Shown here one piece after another: positions 18,493-29,246 of a DNA stretch of 64,000 nt. The DNA is taken from the NCBI GenBank assembly GCA_051252135.1, contig JBPOGH010000006.1, positions 184,953 through 248,952 on the forward strand, read 5' to 3'. Position 1 is the first letter of the stretch, and each line of letters begins with the position of its first letter. The translations under genes were made by a program, and so were the position numbers. The notes beneath the pieces are model-generated. The model was not told the DNA's origin. It did no database searches and saw nothing but the letters and a program-made list of their open reading frames with translations. This stretch comes from Verrucomicrobiaceae bacterium. Its GTDB lineage: Bacteria > Verrucomicrobiota > Verrucomicrobiia > Verrucomicrobiales > Akkermansiaceae.

Positions 18493-19911
18493 ATGATTCT
18501 GACCAGAACGATACCCACTCTTTGCGGTCTCCTCTCCCTTTGCACTGGCTTTTCCCCCGGGGCTGACATCCTTATTTCTCCTGAGACCGAGTTGAAACCG
18601 GTGCTCAAGCAGGTCGGGCCCGGAGACTCGATCGTGCTTAGCGATGGCATTTGGACAGATCCGGAGTTGCGATTCGAGGGATTGATCGGGACGGAAGAGC
18701 AGCCAATTTCCATTCGCGCGGAATCTCCGGGCAAGGTCGTGCTTTCCGGAAAAGTGAAATTTGGGGTGTCGGGCAAGCATGTGGTGGTGTCGGGTTTTCG
18801 ATTCCTAAATGCGGTGGAAGTGCCCGACGTTTTCGAGTTCCGGACCCATAGTGAACGGCACGCGCATCAATGCCGGATCACCGATTGTTCCTTCGAGCAG
18901 ACGAAGACAGGAGGAGACCAGAGATCGATTTGGCTGAACGTATATGGAAGCGGTAACCGGGTGGACCATTGTTACTTTTCCGGGAAACAGAACCCCGGGA
19001 CCACTTTGGTTGTCTGGGTTGATGAAACGCCGGGAGAGCACCGGATTGATCACAACCACTTTGGGCATCGTCCCGAATTGGGCGAAAATGGTGGCGAGAC
19101 GGTTCGAATTGGAACGAGTGAGGTCTCGGAACTCAATAGCCGGACGATTGTGGAGGAGAACTACTTTGAGCGATGCAATGGCGAGGCGGAGATTGTTTCC
19201 AACAAATCCTGCGAGAATATCTATCGCTACAACCTTTTTGATCGCTGCGAGGGAGCGCTCACCCTGCGGCATGGTCATCGGTGTGTTGTAGAGGGAAACG
19301 TTTTCCTTGGTCACGAGGTGAACAGAACGGGAGGGGTGCGATTGATCGGGAGTGATCATCGGGTGATCAACAACTACTTTGAGGGATTACGCGGAGATTC
19401 CGAGCGGTCCGCGATCTCTCTGATGAACGGTGTTCCCGATGGCCCGTTGAACGGCTTTGCTCCTGTTCGAAATGCCATCATCGCCCACAACACGCTGATC
19501 GATTGCAAGGTGTCGATGGAGTTTGGGGTGAGTCCGGGCAAGAAGGGGACAGTGGCTCCTTCCGACTGCGTGGTGAGCCACAACGCGTTTATCCCCGGTA
19601 AGTGGGAGCTCTTTCGTGTTCCGCACAAACCGGTCAATTTTACCTGGGCGGGTAACCAGTATCAGTCGGGGAAGACCCGTGGTGCGGACCTTGTCGAGAT
19701 CGAGCGTGTGAATATGGAGATGGTCCGCGGTGCGGACGGACTACTTAGGCCGACAGATGTCGAGGCACTGTTGAGCGGATCAGATTCGAAAGTCGAAGCG
19801 GATATTGACGGGAAGCCCCGTCGGCCGGGGATTGCGGGTTGCGATGATCCGGGTAACGCCATCACGATTCGCGAATTGCCAAAGACCACGGGGCCAACCT
19901 GGCGGGGGTAA
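18493..19911 (+). CDS. PL6 polysaccharide lyase (chondroitinase-B-type beta-helix)
   Basis: Signal peptide; PGDSIVLSDGIW, NGGETVRIGTS, EIVSNKS, LTLRHG motifs. Confidence 0.9.
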   Translation: MILTRTIPTLCGLLSLCTGFSPGADILISPETELKPVLKQVGPGDSIVLSDGIWTDPELRFEGLIGTEEQPISIRAESPGKVVLSGKVKFGVSGKHVVVSGFRFLNAVEVPDVFEFRTHSERHAHQCRITDCSFEQTKTGGDQRSIWLNVYGSGNRVDHCYFSGKQNPGTTLVVWVDETPGEHRIDHNHFGHRPELGENGGETVRIGTSEVSELNSRTIVEENYFERCNGEAEIVSNKSCENIYRYNLFDRCEGALTLRHGHRCVVEGNVFLGHEVNRTGGVRLIGSDHRVINNYFEGLRGDSERSAISLMNGVPDGPLNGFAPVRNAIIAHNTLIDCKVSMEFGVSPGKKGTVAPSDCVVSHNAFIPGKWELFRVPHKPVNFTWAGNQYQSGKTRGADLVEIERVNMEMVRGADGLLRPTDVEALLSGSDSKVEADIDGKPRRPGIAGCDDPGNAITIRELPKTTGPTWRG

Positions 19912-19933
19912 GGTGAACGACAGATTTCCAACG

Positions 19934-21400
19934 ATGAAAAACAATTATACAATCTCGATTGCTTTGGCTTTTGCCATTCAGAGTGTTCATGGCGCTACCC
20001 ACCCGGTGCGGTCGGCGGAAGAAGTGGAGGCGGTCATCGAATCGGGCAAATTGGTTCCGGGCGACATCATTGAATGGGCCGATGGCGAGTATTCCGACGA
20101 GGAGCTTGCGATCAGTGAGGTGCATGGCACGGAAGCGGATCCGATTACGCTCCGGGCGGCCAAGCCGGGAGGGGTGGTCCTGCGTGGCGAATCCAAGTTC
20201 AATATCGGGGTTAAATGGTGGGTGATTGAAGGGTTCCACTTCGATGGAGGAGACGGTAAACCCAACAGTTACAACCCGATTCAATTTCGAGGCAGCAATG
20301 GGGCCGGTGCGGAGAACTCGAAGCTCACGGGTTGCGCGTTGACGAATTTGAATGCCGAAGATGAATCCTCGAAGTGGGTTCTAATTTACGGCAAAAACAA
20401 CACGATCGAACATTGTCATTTCAGTGGCAAGAAGAGCAAGGGTGCCCTTGTTACGGTGGAACTGGGAAGCCTGGGGGACGAGGAGACGGCAGGGCACCGG
20501 ATCGCCTCAAATTATTTTGCGAATGTGGCGCCGCAGGAGGGGACGGACAATGAGGTGATCCGGGTTGGGTTCAGCGGAGATCAAAACAAGCCTGCGACCT
20601 GTGTCATTGAAGGAAATTATTTTTTCCGTTGCGATGGGGAGAACGAGATCATTTCGAACAAGTCGAGCTACAACACTTATCGCGCAAACACCTTTCGGCA
20701 GTGCAATGGCGCCTTGGTCTTGCGTCACGGTCATCACGCGCGGGTGGAGGGCAATTATTTCTTCGGTGACGGGGCGACGGACGCGGGAGGCATCCGTGTT
20801 ACGGACAGCCATCATGTCATTATCAACAACTCCATGCAGGGCTTGAACGGGACGACGTGGAATGCCGCGTTCTCGATTCTGGGCGGGAAAAAGACGTCGG
20901 GAGGAAAGGATAATGGTTATCAAGCGGTCGACGGGATTGTGGTGGCGCACAACTCGATCATTGATTGCAAGCGCAGCCTCTTTCTCAACAAGGCGAAAGG
21001 ATCACGGGCACCGACCGGGCTTTTGGCAAACAATCTCGTGGTGGGGAGCATGGGTCCGTTGGTGCTTGCCGAGCTCTCCCCGGATCAATTGGAGTGGAAG
21101 GGAAACGTCTTTCACGGTGCTCCCGTGGGAGCGAAGGTGCCTGCGATCACTGAAGACCCCCTGATGACGAAGGTGGGCGAGCGGCTGATTCCCGGAGCCA
21201 AGGGGTCGGCGGTTGATGCGGCGGTGGAGATCGAGTTGGTTGTCGCGAGCGATATTGCCGGTCGGATGCGACCTGCCTTGGGTCGGGATATTGGTGCTGA
21301 CGAGATCACCGGAGCGAGTGGGGAGGCATCGTTGGCTCCGCTGAAGCCTGCCGACGTTGGAGTCAAATTCCTGAAGGGTGGGGAGCCCGAGGGTCGATAG
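19934..21400 (+). CDS. Second PL6 polysaccharide lyase
   Basis: Start set at ATG 19934 (MKNNYTISIALAFAIQSVHGA); DNEVIRVG, EIISNKS, LVLRHG motifs. Confidence 0.88.
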   Translation: MKNNYTISIALAFAIQSVHGATHPVRSAEEVEAVIESGKLVPGDIIEWADGEYSDEELAISEVHGTEADPITLRAAKPGGVVLRGESKFNIGVKWWVIEGFHFDGGDGKPNSYNPIQFRGSNGAGAENSKLTGCALTNLNAEDESSKWVLIYGKNNTIEHCHFSGKKSKGALVTVELGSLGDEETAGHRIASNYFANVAPQEGTDNEVIRVGFSGDQNKPATCVIEGNYFFRCDGENEIISNKSSYNTYRANTFRQCNGALVLRHGHHARVEGNYFFGDGATDAGGIRVTDSHHVIINNSMQGLNGTTWNAAFSILGGKKTSGGKDNGYQAVDGIVVAHNSIIDCKRSLFLNKAKGSRAPTGLLANNLVVGSMGPLVLAELSPDQLEWKGNVFHGAPVGAKVPAITEDPLMTKVGERLIPGAKGSAVDAAVEIELVVASDIAGRMRPALGRDIGADEITGASGEASLAPLKPADVGVKFLKGGEPEGR

Positions 21401-21590
21401 GCAATCAGGAGACGGTCCGTTCCCACAGGGTCGTGGTCTTTGCAATATCATGCGACAAAAAGGAATTGCCAAGAGGGGGGGGGATTCGTTAAAAGCACCT
21501 TTAAGCTCACTTTTGTGAATGGGGATCGAAAGGATCCACAAGTTTGAAGCGCCAGCGGAGAACCCAGCTTAGATAAGAAAAACCAAATCC

Positions 21591-22391
21591 ATGAAAAAAC
21601 TAACGACGACCAGTTTGGCTATTCTCCTCGCGCCTGCAGTGCATGGAGCCATTTACTCGCTCTACACTGATGCTTCTTCGGAAGCCGGTTTCAACGAGCG
21701 CCACGAGACCGATGGAACGACCTTCATCGCTGATACCGTAGTGGGTTCCGGCGCGTTCGGGACGGGCGATGCCCTTCGGATCGCCGATCTCAGCGGGACA
21801 GATAAGCCGGAAGTTGTCTGGAATAGCAGTGTGTTCGGTGGGGCGGATATCACGAGCGCGTTTCGTCTTGATCTCGATGTGATGAACAATATTGCGCCAA
21901 CGGGAGGTTCCGTTGACATCAACCTCCGATTTGCGGACTCGGGCGACAGTATTGGTAGCTCCGGCAACCAGTTGAATACCATCTCTTTTGAAGAAAGCTC
22001 TGCGATCAAGGTCAACGGTAGCACCAAGCACACCTTGTTGGGGCCGACAGCGGTGTCGTTTCTCATCAATGTCGATATCTTGAACTCGCTTCAGTATACC
22101 TTCGGTGACCAGACGAATACCACCTTGCCTGCCGGCAGCATCGCCACCTTCATTGACGGGGTGTTGGTGAGCACCGATGCGAACAACAATGGCGCAGGAT
22201 TTGATCCTTCGACCGGGGTGAACAAAATTGGTTTTACGGGTGAGTCCGATGCGAAGTTGGGTGCTGATTTCCTCTTCGACAATATTGTTCTGTCCACTGG
22301 TTCCGACGCCGGCATTCTTGCGGTTCCCGAGCCTTCGTCTGCCGTCCTCCTTCTCGGTGCCCTTGGGCTTTTGGGACGTCGTCGTCGCTAA
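21591..22391 (+). CDS. PEP-CTERM sorting-domain protein
   Basis: Signal peptide; C-terminus VPEPSSAVLLLGALGLLGRRRR. Confidence 0.9.
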   Translation: MKKLTTTSLAILLAPAVHGAIYSLYTDASSEAGFNERHETDGTTFIADTVVGSGAFGTGDALRIADLSGTDKPEVVWNSSVFGGADITSAFRLDLDVMNNIAPTGGSVDINLRFADSGDSIGSSGNQLNTISFEESSAIKVNGSTKHTLLGPTAVSFLINVDILNSLQYTFGDQTNTTLPAGSIATFIDGVLVSTDANNNGAGFDPSTGVNKIGFTGESDAKLGADFLFDNIVLSTGSDAGILAVPEPSSAVLLLGALGLLGRRRR

Positions 22392-22421
22392 TCGTCGATT
22401 TTGACGGAAGTTTCTTTTTTC

Positions 22422-22450
22422 AAGCCCTGCGGGAAACTGCAGGGCTTTTT
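22422..22450 (+). terminator. Rho-independent terminator
   Basis: AAGCCCTGCGG-GAAA-CTGCAGGGCTT followed by further Ts. Confidence 0.8.
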
Positions 22451-22488
22451 CGTGTCTGTATCGAACAGGATGCCGAGAAAAGCGGGCA

Positions 22489-22525
22489 CCCTCTTGAAGG
22501 GCCTTTTTAAAGCCCCTCAAGAGGG
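22489..22525 (-). terminator. Hairpin directly downstream of tmRNA
   Basis: CCCTCTTGAAGGGC-N9-GCCCCTCAAGAGGG inverted repeat abutting the CCA end. Confidence 0.6.
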
Positions 22526-22887
22526 TGGTGGAGGCGAGGGGAGTCGAACCCCTGTCCTAAATACCTTTTACAAAGGCGTCTACATGTTTAGCCGGGCGTT
22601 TGCTGCTTTAAGAACGATGAGCCTCACCCGGCCCGTTCATTGTTCCGATCATCCTGTGGATTCTCACGATCTTGCCCGGATGTCCGACTCGATGCGCCAG
22701 CCTGTTAAGTAGTCGCCCCGCACCCTAACAGGCGTCAGGATTGGGACGTTGCTGTCAATTAAGCAGCAAGTGCGAGCTCGTTAGAGTCTGCAATTATTTG
22801 TTTTGAACGGCTTTTTTAAGAGGCCAACCGATCAACCTCTACATGCAGCCAGCGTATCCAATATTCAGTCGAAACCGGAACGCCCCC
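22526..22887 (-). ncRNA. ssrA: tmRNA; tag peptide (A)ADSNELALAA* at 22791-22759
   Basis: 5' GGGGGCGTTCCGGTTTCGAC, 3' GGACAGGGGTTCGACTCCCCTCGCCTCCACCA; 362 nt; resume codon GCA after AAATAATT; tag ends LAA-stop. Confidence 0.95.
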
Positions 22888-22964
22888 ACGTGTTACGGCT
22901 GTAAGATGTACCGGGGACGCGGTTTATTCAAATGGAATTCGGAGCGCTTTTTATGAGATGGCTT

Positions 22965-23690
22965 CTAGAATCCCAGCTCCTTGATTTTGGGTGCCATGGC
23001 GTCGGCCCACATGGCGTAGCCTTTTTCCCGTGGGTGGAGGCCGTCGGGCATGACTTCCTTGGTAAGGATTCCCTTATCATTGAGGAAGGTGGGGCTGAGG
23101 TCGAGGTAGTGGACGGTTTTTCCGTCGTCGAGTCTGGCGATGAGCTTGTTGATTCCGTCGTTAATGAGGCGGAGTTTGTCATCGGGCTTCTGGCCGCGCG
23201 GGAAGACGCCGAGGAGGAGGATTTTGGCCTTGGGGCAGCCTTCTTTGACGAGGGAGACGATTTTGGTGATGCCCTCGGCGGTTTCAGCGGGATTCTGCTG
23301 GCTGTGGCCGGTGTTGTTGGTGCCGATCATAATGATGGCGAGTTTGGCGTTTTGCTGGTTCTTGAGGTTGCCATTTTGGAGGCGCCAGATGACGTGCCCG
23401 GTGCGGTCCCCGGAGATGCCCAGGTTGAGGGCATTTTTATCGGCGTAGTGTTTTTTCCAGGTGGATTTGCCTGCTCCTTCCCAGCCCTGGGTGATGGAGT
23501 CGCCGATGAAGAGGATGTCGTATTGGTTCGCGGCGGCATTTTTGTTCATGCTCTCGTGGCGTTTCATCCACCCGGCGCCCCGAGGCTCGGGTTTGAGGGC
23601 CGAGTGAAGGGTTTCTTTTGCAGGGGCTGCAGTTTGTGCGGAGAGGAGGGAGAGGGACAGGAGGCCGGCGAGGAGGATGGGAATCTTCAT
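22965..23690 (-). CDS. Secreted SGNH/GDSL hydrolase (PAF-acetylhydrolase-like)
   Basis: FIGDSIT, GISGD, IGTNN, DGLHP blocks; start set at ATG 23690 (signal peptide). Confidence 0.88.
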   Translation of the reverse strand: MKIPILLAGLLSLSLLSAQTAAPAKETLHSALKPEPRGAGWMKRHESMNKNAAANQYDILFIGDSITQGWEGAGKSTWKKHYADKNALNLGISGDRTGHVIWRLQNGNLKNQQNAKLAIIMIGTNNTGHSQQNPAETAEGITKIVSLVKEGCPKAKILLLGVFPRGQKPDDKLRLINDGINKLIARLDDGKTVHYLDLSPTFLNDKGILTKEVMPDGLHPREKGYAMWADAMAPKIKELGF

Positions 23691-23734
23691 GAGCCGACTA
23701 AAGCGGGATGTAGAGGGGGCAACAAGGATGGACA

Positions 23735-23770
23735 CAAAAAACCCGAGGGAGTGCCTCGGGTTTTGTTTTG
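23735..23770 (-). terminator. Rho-independent terminator after secA (possibly bidirectional)
   Basis: AAAAAACCCGAGG-GAGTG-CCTCGGGTTTTG. Confidence 0.8.
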
Positions 23771-23795
23771 ATCCTTGGGGATGATTGTTTGGAGC

Positions 23796-26700
23796 TTACT
23801 CGGCCATGCGGCCGCAGCATTGCTTGAATTTTTTGCCGGATCCGCAAGGGCAGGGCTCGTTACGGCCTGCTTTGACGGAGGGGCGGCGCTTGGGGAGGTT
23901 CAGTTTGAGGGAACCTTCGTTGGGCGCTGCGGAGGTGGTGGCTCCGGAGGATCCGGAGACGGCCATGTTATCCTGGGTGACGCTATCTTCGGTGCCGCCT
24001 GAGGTCTGTTGCGGGCGGTTGCCGAGGACCGACTCCATGGGAGCGACGGTGGTGAAGCGGAAGAGGTTGCCAAGGGCGGCATCATCGATGCTGTCCATGA
24101 GGGTGACGAAGAGTTTGTAGGCTTCGTTTTTGTATTCCACGAGCGGGTCCTTCTGACCTTGGGCGCGGAGCTGGACGCCTTCGCGAAGGGAGTCCATGGC
24201 GTAGAGGTGTTCCTGCCATTTCTTGTCGATGGCCTGAAGAAGGATGTGGCGTTCGAGGGAGTCGAGGAAGCGCTGGTCTTCGGCGGCGACTTTTCTCTGG
24301 TAAGCCTCACGGATGAGTCCGAGGAGGTATTCGGAGTTTCCATCGAGGTCCCGTGTTTCGAATTGGGCCTGCTCAAGGGTGAGGTGAAGAGGGAAGGTCA
24401 TGTTGACCCAGTGGAGCATTTCGATGAAATCAGGCGCTCCTTCGTCGCGTTCCTCGGTGTAGTGGGCGACGTGGGCGGGGACCATGCGGTCGACAAGCTC
24501 CATGAGGAGTTCGCGGGGGTCATCGGAGTTGAGGACCTCATTGCGGTAGCCGTAGACGACCTCGCGCTGCTTGTTCATGACGTCATCGAAATCGAGGACG
24601 TATTTCCGGCTGCGGTAGTGCATCTGCTCGACGCGCTTTTGAGCGGTCTCGACGGAGCGGTTGAGCCATTTGTGCTCGAGGGCTTCGCCATCCTCCATGC
24701 CGAAGCGTTCCATCATGTTGGTCATGCGGTCCGCGGCGGCGAAGTTGCGCATGAGGTCATCCTCGAAGGAGATGAAGAATTGGGACTCACCGGGGTCGCC
24801 CTGACGGGAGCAACGTCCGCGGAGCTGGCGGTCGATTCGGCGGGATTGGTAGCGCTCGGTGCCCACGACGAAGAGTCCGCCGGCTTCAGGGACGCCCTCG
24901 CCCAGTTTGATATCGGTTCCACGGCCTGCCATGTTGGTGGAGACGGTGACGGCTCCGAGTTGGCCTGCGTTTTGGATGATTTCGGCTTCCTGACGGTGAT
25001 ATTTGGCGTTGAGGACCGAGTGGGGGACTTTGGCCCGCTTGAGCATGCGGGAAAGAGTCTCGGACGCTTCGACGGATGCGGTGCCGACGAGGACGGGTTG
25101 TCCTTTTTTGTGGCATTCCTCGATGCGGGAGACGACGGCGTTGAACTTTTCGCGACGGGTCTTGAAGACCTGGTCGTTGTGGTCGATCCGCTGGTTCTCC
25201 CTATGGGTTGGGATGGGGAGGACGTCGAGATTGTAGATGTCGTGGAATTCCGCGGCTTCGGTTTCCGCGGTTCCGGTCATGCCTCCGAGCTTTTCGTAGA
25301 GGCGGAAGTAGTTTTGAATGGTGATGGTGGCGTAAGTCTGGGTCTCGCGCTCGACCTCGACGTGCTCCTTGGCTTCGACGGCCTGGTGGAGTCCGTCGGA
25401 CCAACGGCGTCCGGCCATTTCACGACCGGTGTTTTCATCGACGATGATGACCTTGCCGTCTTTCACGACGTATTCGACGTCTTTTTCGTAAAGACAGTAG
25501 GCTTTGAGGAGCTGGGAGATGGCGTGCACGCGGGTGCCCTGACCATCCATGCGGGTCTGAACCTTTTCCTTTTCCTTTACGCGATCTTCATCCGAGAGGT
25601 CGAGGTTGGCATCGATATCGGCGAAGGCGGAGGCGAGGTCGGGGATGGTGAAGGCCTCGGGCTCGTCGGGAGAGAGGAAGGAGCGGCCGTTTTCCATGAG
25701 GTCGGCGTCGCGGCCCTTGTCATCGATGGTGAAGAAGAGCTCTTCCTTGAGGGCGTAGAGTTCTTTCTTTTGGGTGTCCTGGTAGAAAGAGAGTTCGGTT
25801 TTTTCGATGAGGCGACGGGTGTCGGGGTCCTCCATGAAGCGCAGGAACTGGCGGTTGCGGGGTTGTCCGAGCTTGATTTTGAAGAGGGCGCGTCCGGCGA
25901 CTTCTTCATCGCCTTCTTCGATGGCTTTTTTGGCCTCGGCGGCGAGGTCGTTGCAGAGGTGGTTCTGCTTTTTGACGAGCTGCTCGATGAGGGGGCGGTA
26001 GCGCTTGTATTCCTCGGTGTTGGAGATGACGGCGGGGCCGGAAATGATGAGGGGGGTCCGGGCTTCGTCGATGAGGATGGAGTCGACCTCGTCCACGATG
26101 GCGAAGTAGTGGCCACGCTGGACCTGGTCGTTGCGCGAGTTGGCCATGCCGTTGTCGCGAAGGTAATCGAAGCCGAACTCGGCGTTGGTGCCGTAGGTGA
26201 TGTCGCAAGCATATTGCTCGCGGCGGACCGGGGGAGGGAGTTGGTTCTGGATGGTTCCGACGGTGAGGCCGAGAAACTTGAAAACAGCGCCCATCCATTC
26301 GGAGTCTCGTCGGGCGAGGTAGTCGTTGACGGTGACGACGTGGACGCCGAGGCCGGTGAGGGCGTTGAGGAAGACGGGGAGGGTGGCGACCAGGGTTTTA
26401 CCTTCACCGGTCATCATTTCGGAGATCATGCCGCGGTGGAGGGCGATGCCGCCAATGAGCTGGACGTCGAAGTGGACCATTTCCCAGGGGAGTTCCTGAT
26501 CGCAGACGGGGATTTTGCTGCCGCAAAGCCGGCGGGCGGCGTTTTTTACGGTGGCGTAGGCCTCGGGGAGGATTTGGTCGAGATACTTGTCGCGGAGAGC
26601 GGGGAAGTCGTCCTCGATCTCAGCAAAGGCGTGCTTGGCGGCGTCGATGGATTCGAGGGAGCCGTCGACTTCAGGAAGAGAAGGGAAATCGGGGCGGAGG

Positions 26701-26966
26701 GCGTCGATGCGCAATTTTACGTCATTGGCGATGGTGGCGACGGTCTCGGCTTCCATTAATTCGAGCTGGCGCTTGGCCGGGACATCGAGGGGGAGGAAGC
26801 GGTGAAGGTAGGTCTGCCATTCGGTGACGCGGGCCCGGATTTGCTCTTCGCTTTCGCTCTGATAGGCCTCCTCCAGTTCGTTAATCCTGGCGACCACTGG
26901 CCGCATGCGCTTGATCTCACGTTGATTTTTCGATCCAACGATTTTTTGAAGAGTCCACTTAATCAT
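23796..26966 (-). CDS. secA: Preprotein translocase subunit SecA
   Basis: MMTGEGKT, VTVNDYLARRD, VDEVDSILIDEARTPLIISG, QLRGR, SEC-C motif RNEPCPCGSGKKFKQCC. Confidence 0.98.
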   Translation of the reverse strand: MIKWTLQKIVGSKNQREIKRMRPVVARINELEEAYQSESEEQIRARVTEWQTYLHRFLPLDVPAKRQLELMEAETVATIANDVKLRIDALRPDFPSLPEVDGSLESIDAAKHAFAEIEDDFPALRDKYLDQILPEAYATVKNAARRLCGSKIPVCDQELPWEMVHFDVQLIGGIALHRGMISEMMTGEGKTLVATLPVFLNALTGLGVHVVTVNDYLARRDSEWMGAVFKFLGLTVGTIQNQLPPPVRREQYACDITYGTNAEFGFDYLRDNGMANSRNDQVQRGHYFAIVDEVDSILIDEARTPLIISGPAVISNTEEYKRYRPLIEQLVKKQNHLCNDLAAEAKKAIEEGDEEVAGRALFKIKLGQPRNRQFLRFMEDPDTRRLIEKTELSFYQDTQKKELYALKEELFFTIDDKGRDADLMENGRSFLSPDEPEAFTIPDLASAFADIDANLDLSDEDRVKEKEKVQTRMDGQGTRVHAISQLLKAYCLYEKDVEYVVKDGKVIIVDENTGREMAGRRWSDGLHQAVEAKEHVEVERETQTYATITIQNYFRLYEKLGGMTGTAETEAAEFHDIYNLDVLPIPTHRENQRIDHNDQVFKTRREKFNAVVSRIEECHKKGQPVLVGTASVEASETLSRMLKRAKVPHSVLNAKYHRQEAEIIQNAGQLGAVTVSTNMAGRGTDIKLGEGVPEAGGLFVVGTERYQSRRIDRQLRGRCSRQGDPGESQFFISFEDDLMRNFAAADRMTNMMERFGMEDGEALEHKWLNRSVETAQKRVEQMHYRSRKYVLDFDDVMNKQREVVYGYRNEVLNSDDPRELLMELVDRMVPAHVAHYTEERDEGAPDFIEMLHWVNMTFPLHLTLEQAQFETRDLDGNSEYLLGLIREAYQRKVAAEDQRFLDSLERHILLQAIDKKWQEHLYAMDSLREGVQLRAQGQKDPLVEYKNEAYKLFVTLMDSIDDAALGNLFRFTTVAPMESVLGNRPQQTSGGTEDSVTQDNMAVSGSSGATTSAAPNEGSLKLNLPKRRPSVKAGRNEPCPCGSGKKFKQCCGRMAE

Positions 26967-27120
26967 GAAAGTTGTCGGCGGGGCTTACCGCCAAGGGCGA
27001 AGCCATACACCGAGTCTTGCGGAGACGCAAGGGGGGCTTTTGTCTGACAGGGAATGTTTTTGGGCATGAAAAATGCATTGCACGTGGTCCGCTGGGCGTT
27101 AGCGTCCCCGCATCTAGGGC

Positions 27121-28299
27121 ATGAATATTCACGAATATCAGGCGAAGGAGCTTTTTGACCGTTTTGAGGTCCCCAGTCCGCGGGGCCAAATGGCTGAGAC
27201 AGCTGAAGAAGCAGAGAAGATTGCCCGGGAGATCGGGTCTGATCTCATGGTTGTCAAAGCCCAGGTCCACGCAGGTGGTCGGGGGAAAGGCACCTTTAAA
27301 AATGGTTTCCAGGGCGGAGTGCATCTGACCAAGGATGCGGCCGAGATTGGCGAGATTGCCGGAAAGATGATCGGCGAGACTTTGGTCACCAAGCAGACGG
27401 GCGACGAGGGTCGTTTGGTTCGCAAGGTGATGGTGGCCGATGCGGTGGATATCAAGCATGAGTATTATCTCTCGATGCTGATGGATCGCGACACGAGCCG
27501 CCCGGTCATTGTGGCGTCGGTTGAAGGTGGCATGGACATCGAGGAGGTGGCCGAAAATCGTCCCGAGAAGATCATCAAGCAGCTGATTCACCCGCTGGCG
27601 GGCTTGCAGCCCTACGAGGTGCGCAAGTTGACGGCGGCTCTGGGATTCCAAGGGCCTGCGGCGAAGGAGTTCGGCAAGTTGCTTAAGAATCTCTACAAGC
27701 TTTTCGTCTCACTTGATTGTGACATGGTGGAAATCAATCCGCTGGTTGAAACGAAGGACGGTCAGGTGCTGGCGCTTGATGCGAAGTTTGGCTTCGACGA
27801 CAACGCGCTTTACCGTCATCCGGAGGTGCTTGCCTACCGAGACACGGAAGAGGAAGACCCCCGTGAGGTTGCGGCTTCCGAGTTTGACCTCAGTTACATC
27901 GGTCTCGATGGAAACATTGCCTGTTTGGTGAATGGAGCCGGACTGGCGATGGCGACGATGGATGCGATCAAATTTGCCGGCGGTGATCCTGCCAACTTCC
28001 TAGATGTGGGAGGTGGCGCGACCAAGGAGCAGGTGATTGGTGCCTTTAACATCATTCAGTCCGATCCGAAGGTGGAGGCGATCCTCATTAACATCTTTGG
28101 TGGAATCATGGACTGCGACATCATTGCCAATGGCGTGGTGGCAGCAGTTCAGGAGACCGGGCTTAAGCTTCCGCTGGTGGTTCGTCTTGAAGGAAACAAC
28201 GTGGCAGCAGGCCGTGCGACTTTGAGTGCCTCCGGTCTCGCAATCACGGGTGCCGATGATCTGGCGGATGCCGCAGCAAAAGCAGTCGCTTCTGTCTAA
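27121..28299 (+). CDS. sucC: Succinyl-CoA synthetase beta subunit
   Basis: [41 protein letters not shown]. Confidence 0.98.
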   Translation: MNIHEYQAKELFDRFEVPSPRGQMAETAEEAEKIAREIGSDLMVVKAQVHAGGRGKGTFKNGFQGGVHLTKDAAEIGEIAGKMIGETLVTKQTGDEGRLVRKVMVADAVDIKHEYYLSMLMDRDTSRPVIVASVEGGMDIEEVAENRPEKIIKQLIHPLAGLQPYEVRKLTAALGFQGPAAKEFGKLLKNLYKLFVSLDCDMVEINPLVETKDGQVLALDAKFGFDDNALYRHPEVLAYRDTEEEDPREVAASEFDLSYIGLDGNIACLVNGAGLAMATMDAIKFAGGDPANFLDVGGGATKEQVIGAFNIIQSDPKVEAILINIFGGIMDCDIIANGVVAAVQETGLKLPLVVRLEGNNVAAGRATLSASGLAITGADDLADAAAKAVASV

Positions 28300-28318
28300 C
28301 CCCTAACACTTTTACAAA

Positions 28319-29224
28319 ATGTCTATCTTAGTTAACGCAGACACCAAAGTTCTGGTGCAAGGAATCACCGGTGGATTTGGCGGACGCCACGCCGGTCTTA
28401 GTCTCGATTACGGCACTGCGCTTGTTGCGGGTGTCACGCCTGGAAAAGGCGGTCAGCAATTTGAACACGGAGATCACAAGGTGCCGGTTTACGACACAGT
28501 CTCCGACGCGGTCAAAGAAACCGGAGCTACGACTTCGGCAATCTTTGTGCCTCCTCCCTTTGCGGCGGACGCCATTCTTGAGGCTGTCGATGCAGGAGTT
28601 GATCTGGTGGTGGCGATCACGGAGGGAATCCCTGTCATGGATATGATGCGGGTGAAGGAATACATGCGTGGGTCCAAGACCCGCCTGATCGGGCCAAACT
28701 GCCCGGGGGTGGTGACTCCCGGAACCGGTCCTGATTCAACCGGCGGTTGCCGAATTGGCATCGCTCCCGGCTACATTCATAAAAAGGGCAACGTGGGGAT
28801 TCTTTCCCGCTCCGGAACTCTCACTTATGAAGCCGTCTGGCAGGTGACCTCACTGGGTTACGGTCAGAGCACTTGTGTGGGAATTGGTGGAGATCCGATC
28901 AACGGAACGTCCCATCTTGATATCATCAAGCTCTTCAACGAGGACCCCGAGACCGAAGCGATCATCATGATCGGCGAGATCGGCGGATCAGCGGAAGAAG
29001 AGGCGGCGGCGTGGATCAAGGAGAACTGCAAGAAGCCGGTTGCCGGATTCATCGCAGGAGCCACGGCGCCTCCGGGACGTCGCATGGGTCACGCGGGAGC
29101 GATTGTTTCCGGTGGTCAAGGCACGGCCGAGGCCAAGAAAGCGGCGATGGCGGATGCCGGGATCGTGGTGGCCGAGACTCCATCCGGAATGGGCAAGGCG
29201 CTTCTTGAGGCGTGGGGAAAGTAA
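28319..29224 (+). CDS. sucD: Succinyl-CoA synthetase alpha subunit
   Basis: [30 protein letters not shown]. Confidence 0.98.
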   Translation: MSILVNADTKVLVQGITGGFGGRHAGLSLDYGTALVAGVTPGKGGQQFEHGDHKVPVYDTVSDAVKETGATTSAIFVPPPFAADAILEAVDAGVDLVVAITEGIPVMDMMRVKEYMRGSKTRLIGPNCPGVVTPGTGPDSTGGCRIGIAPGYIHKKGNVGILSRSGTLTYEAVWQVTSLGYGQSTCVGIGGDPINGTSHLDIIKLFNEDPETEAIIMIGEIGGSAEEEAAAWIKENCKKPVAGFIAGATAPPGRRMGHAGAIVSGGQGTAEAKKAAMADAGIVVAETPSGMGKALLEAWGK

Positions 29225-29246
29225 GCTGACCCCGATCTTTCATTCA

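Noticed and set aside
22526..22557. tRNA-like 3' end
   Set aside because: It belongs to tmRNA: the matching 5' end lies about 360 nt away with a tag ORF in between
24009..26759. 916-aa ORF antisense to secA
   Set aside because: Shadow ORF produced by the strong codon bias of a GC-rich gene; no recognisable motifs
23796..26966. Insertions that make SecA longer than the E. coli protein
   Set aside because: Long SecA variants are ordinary in several phyla; no intein motifs were seen
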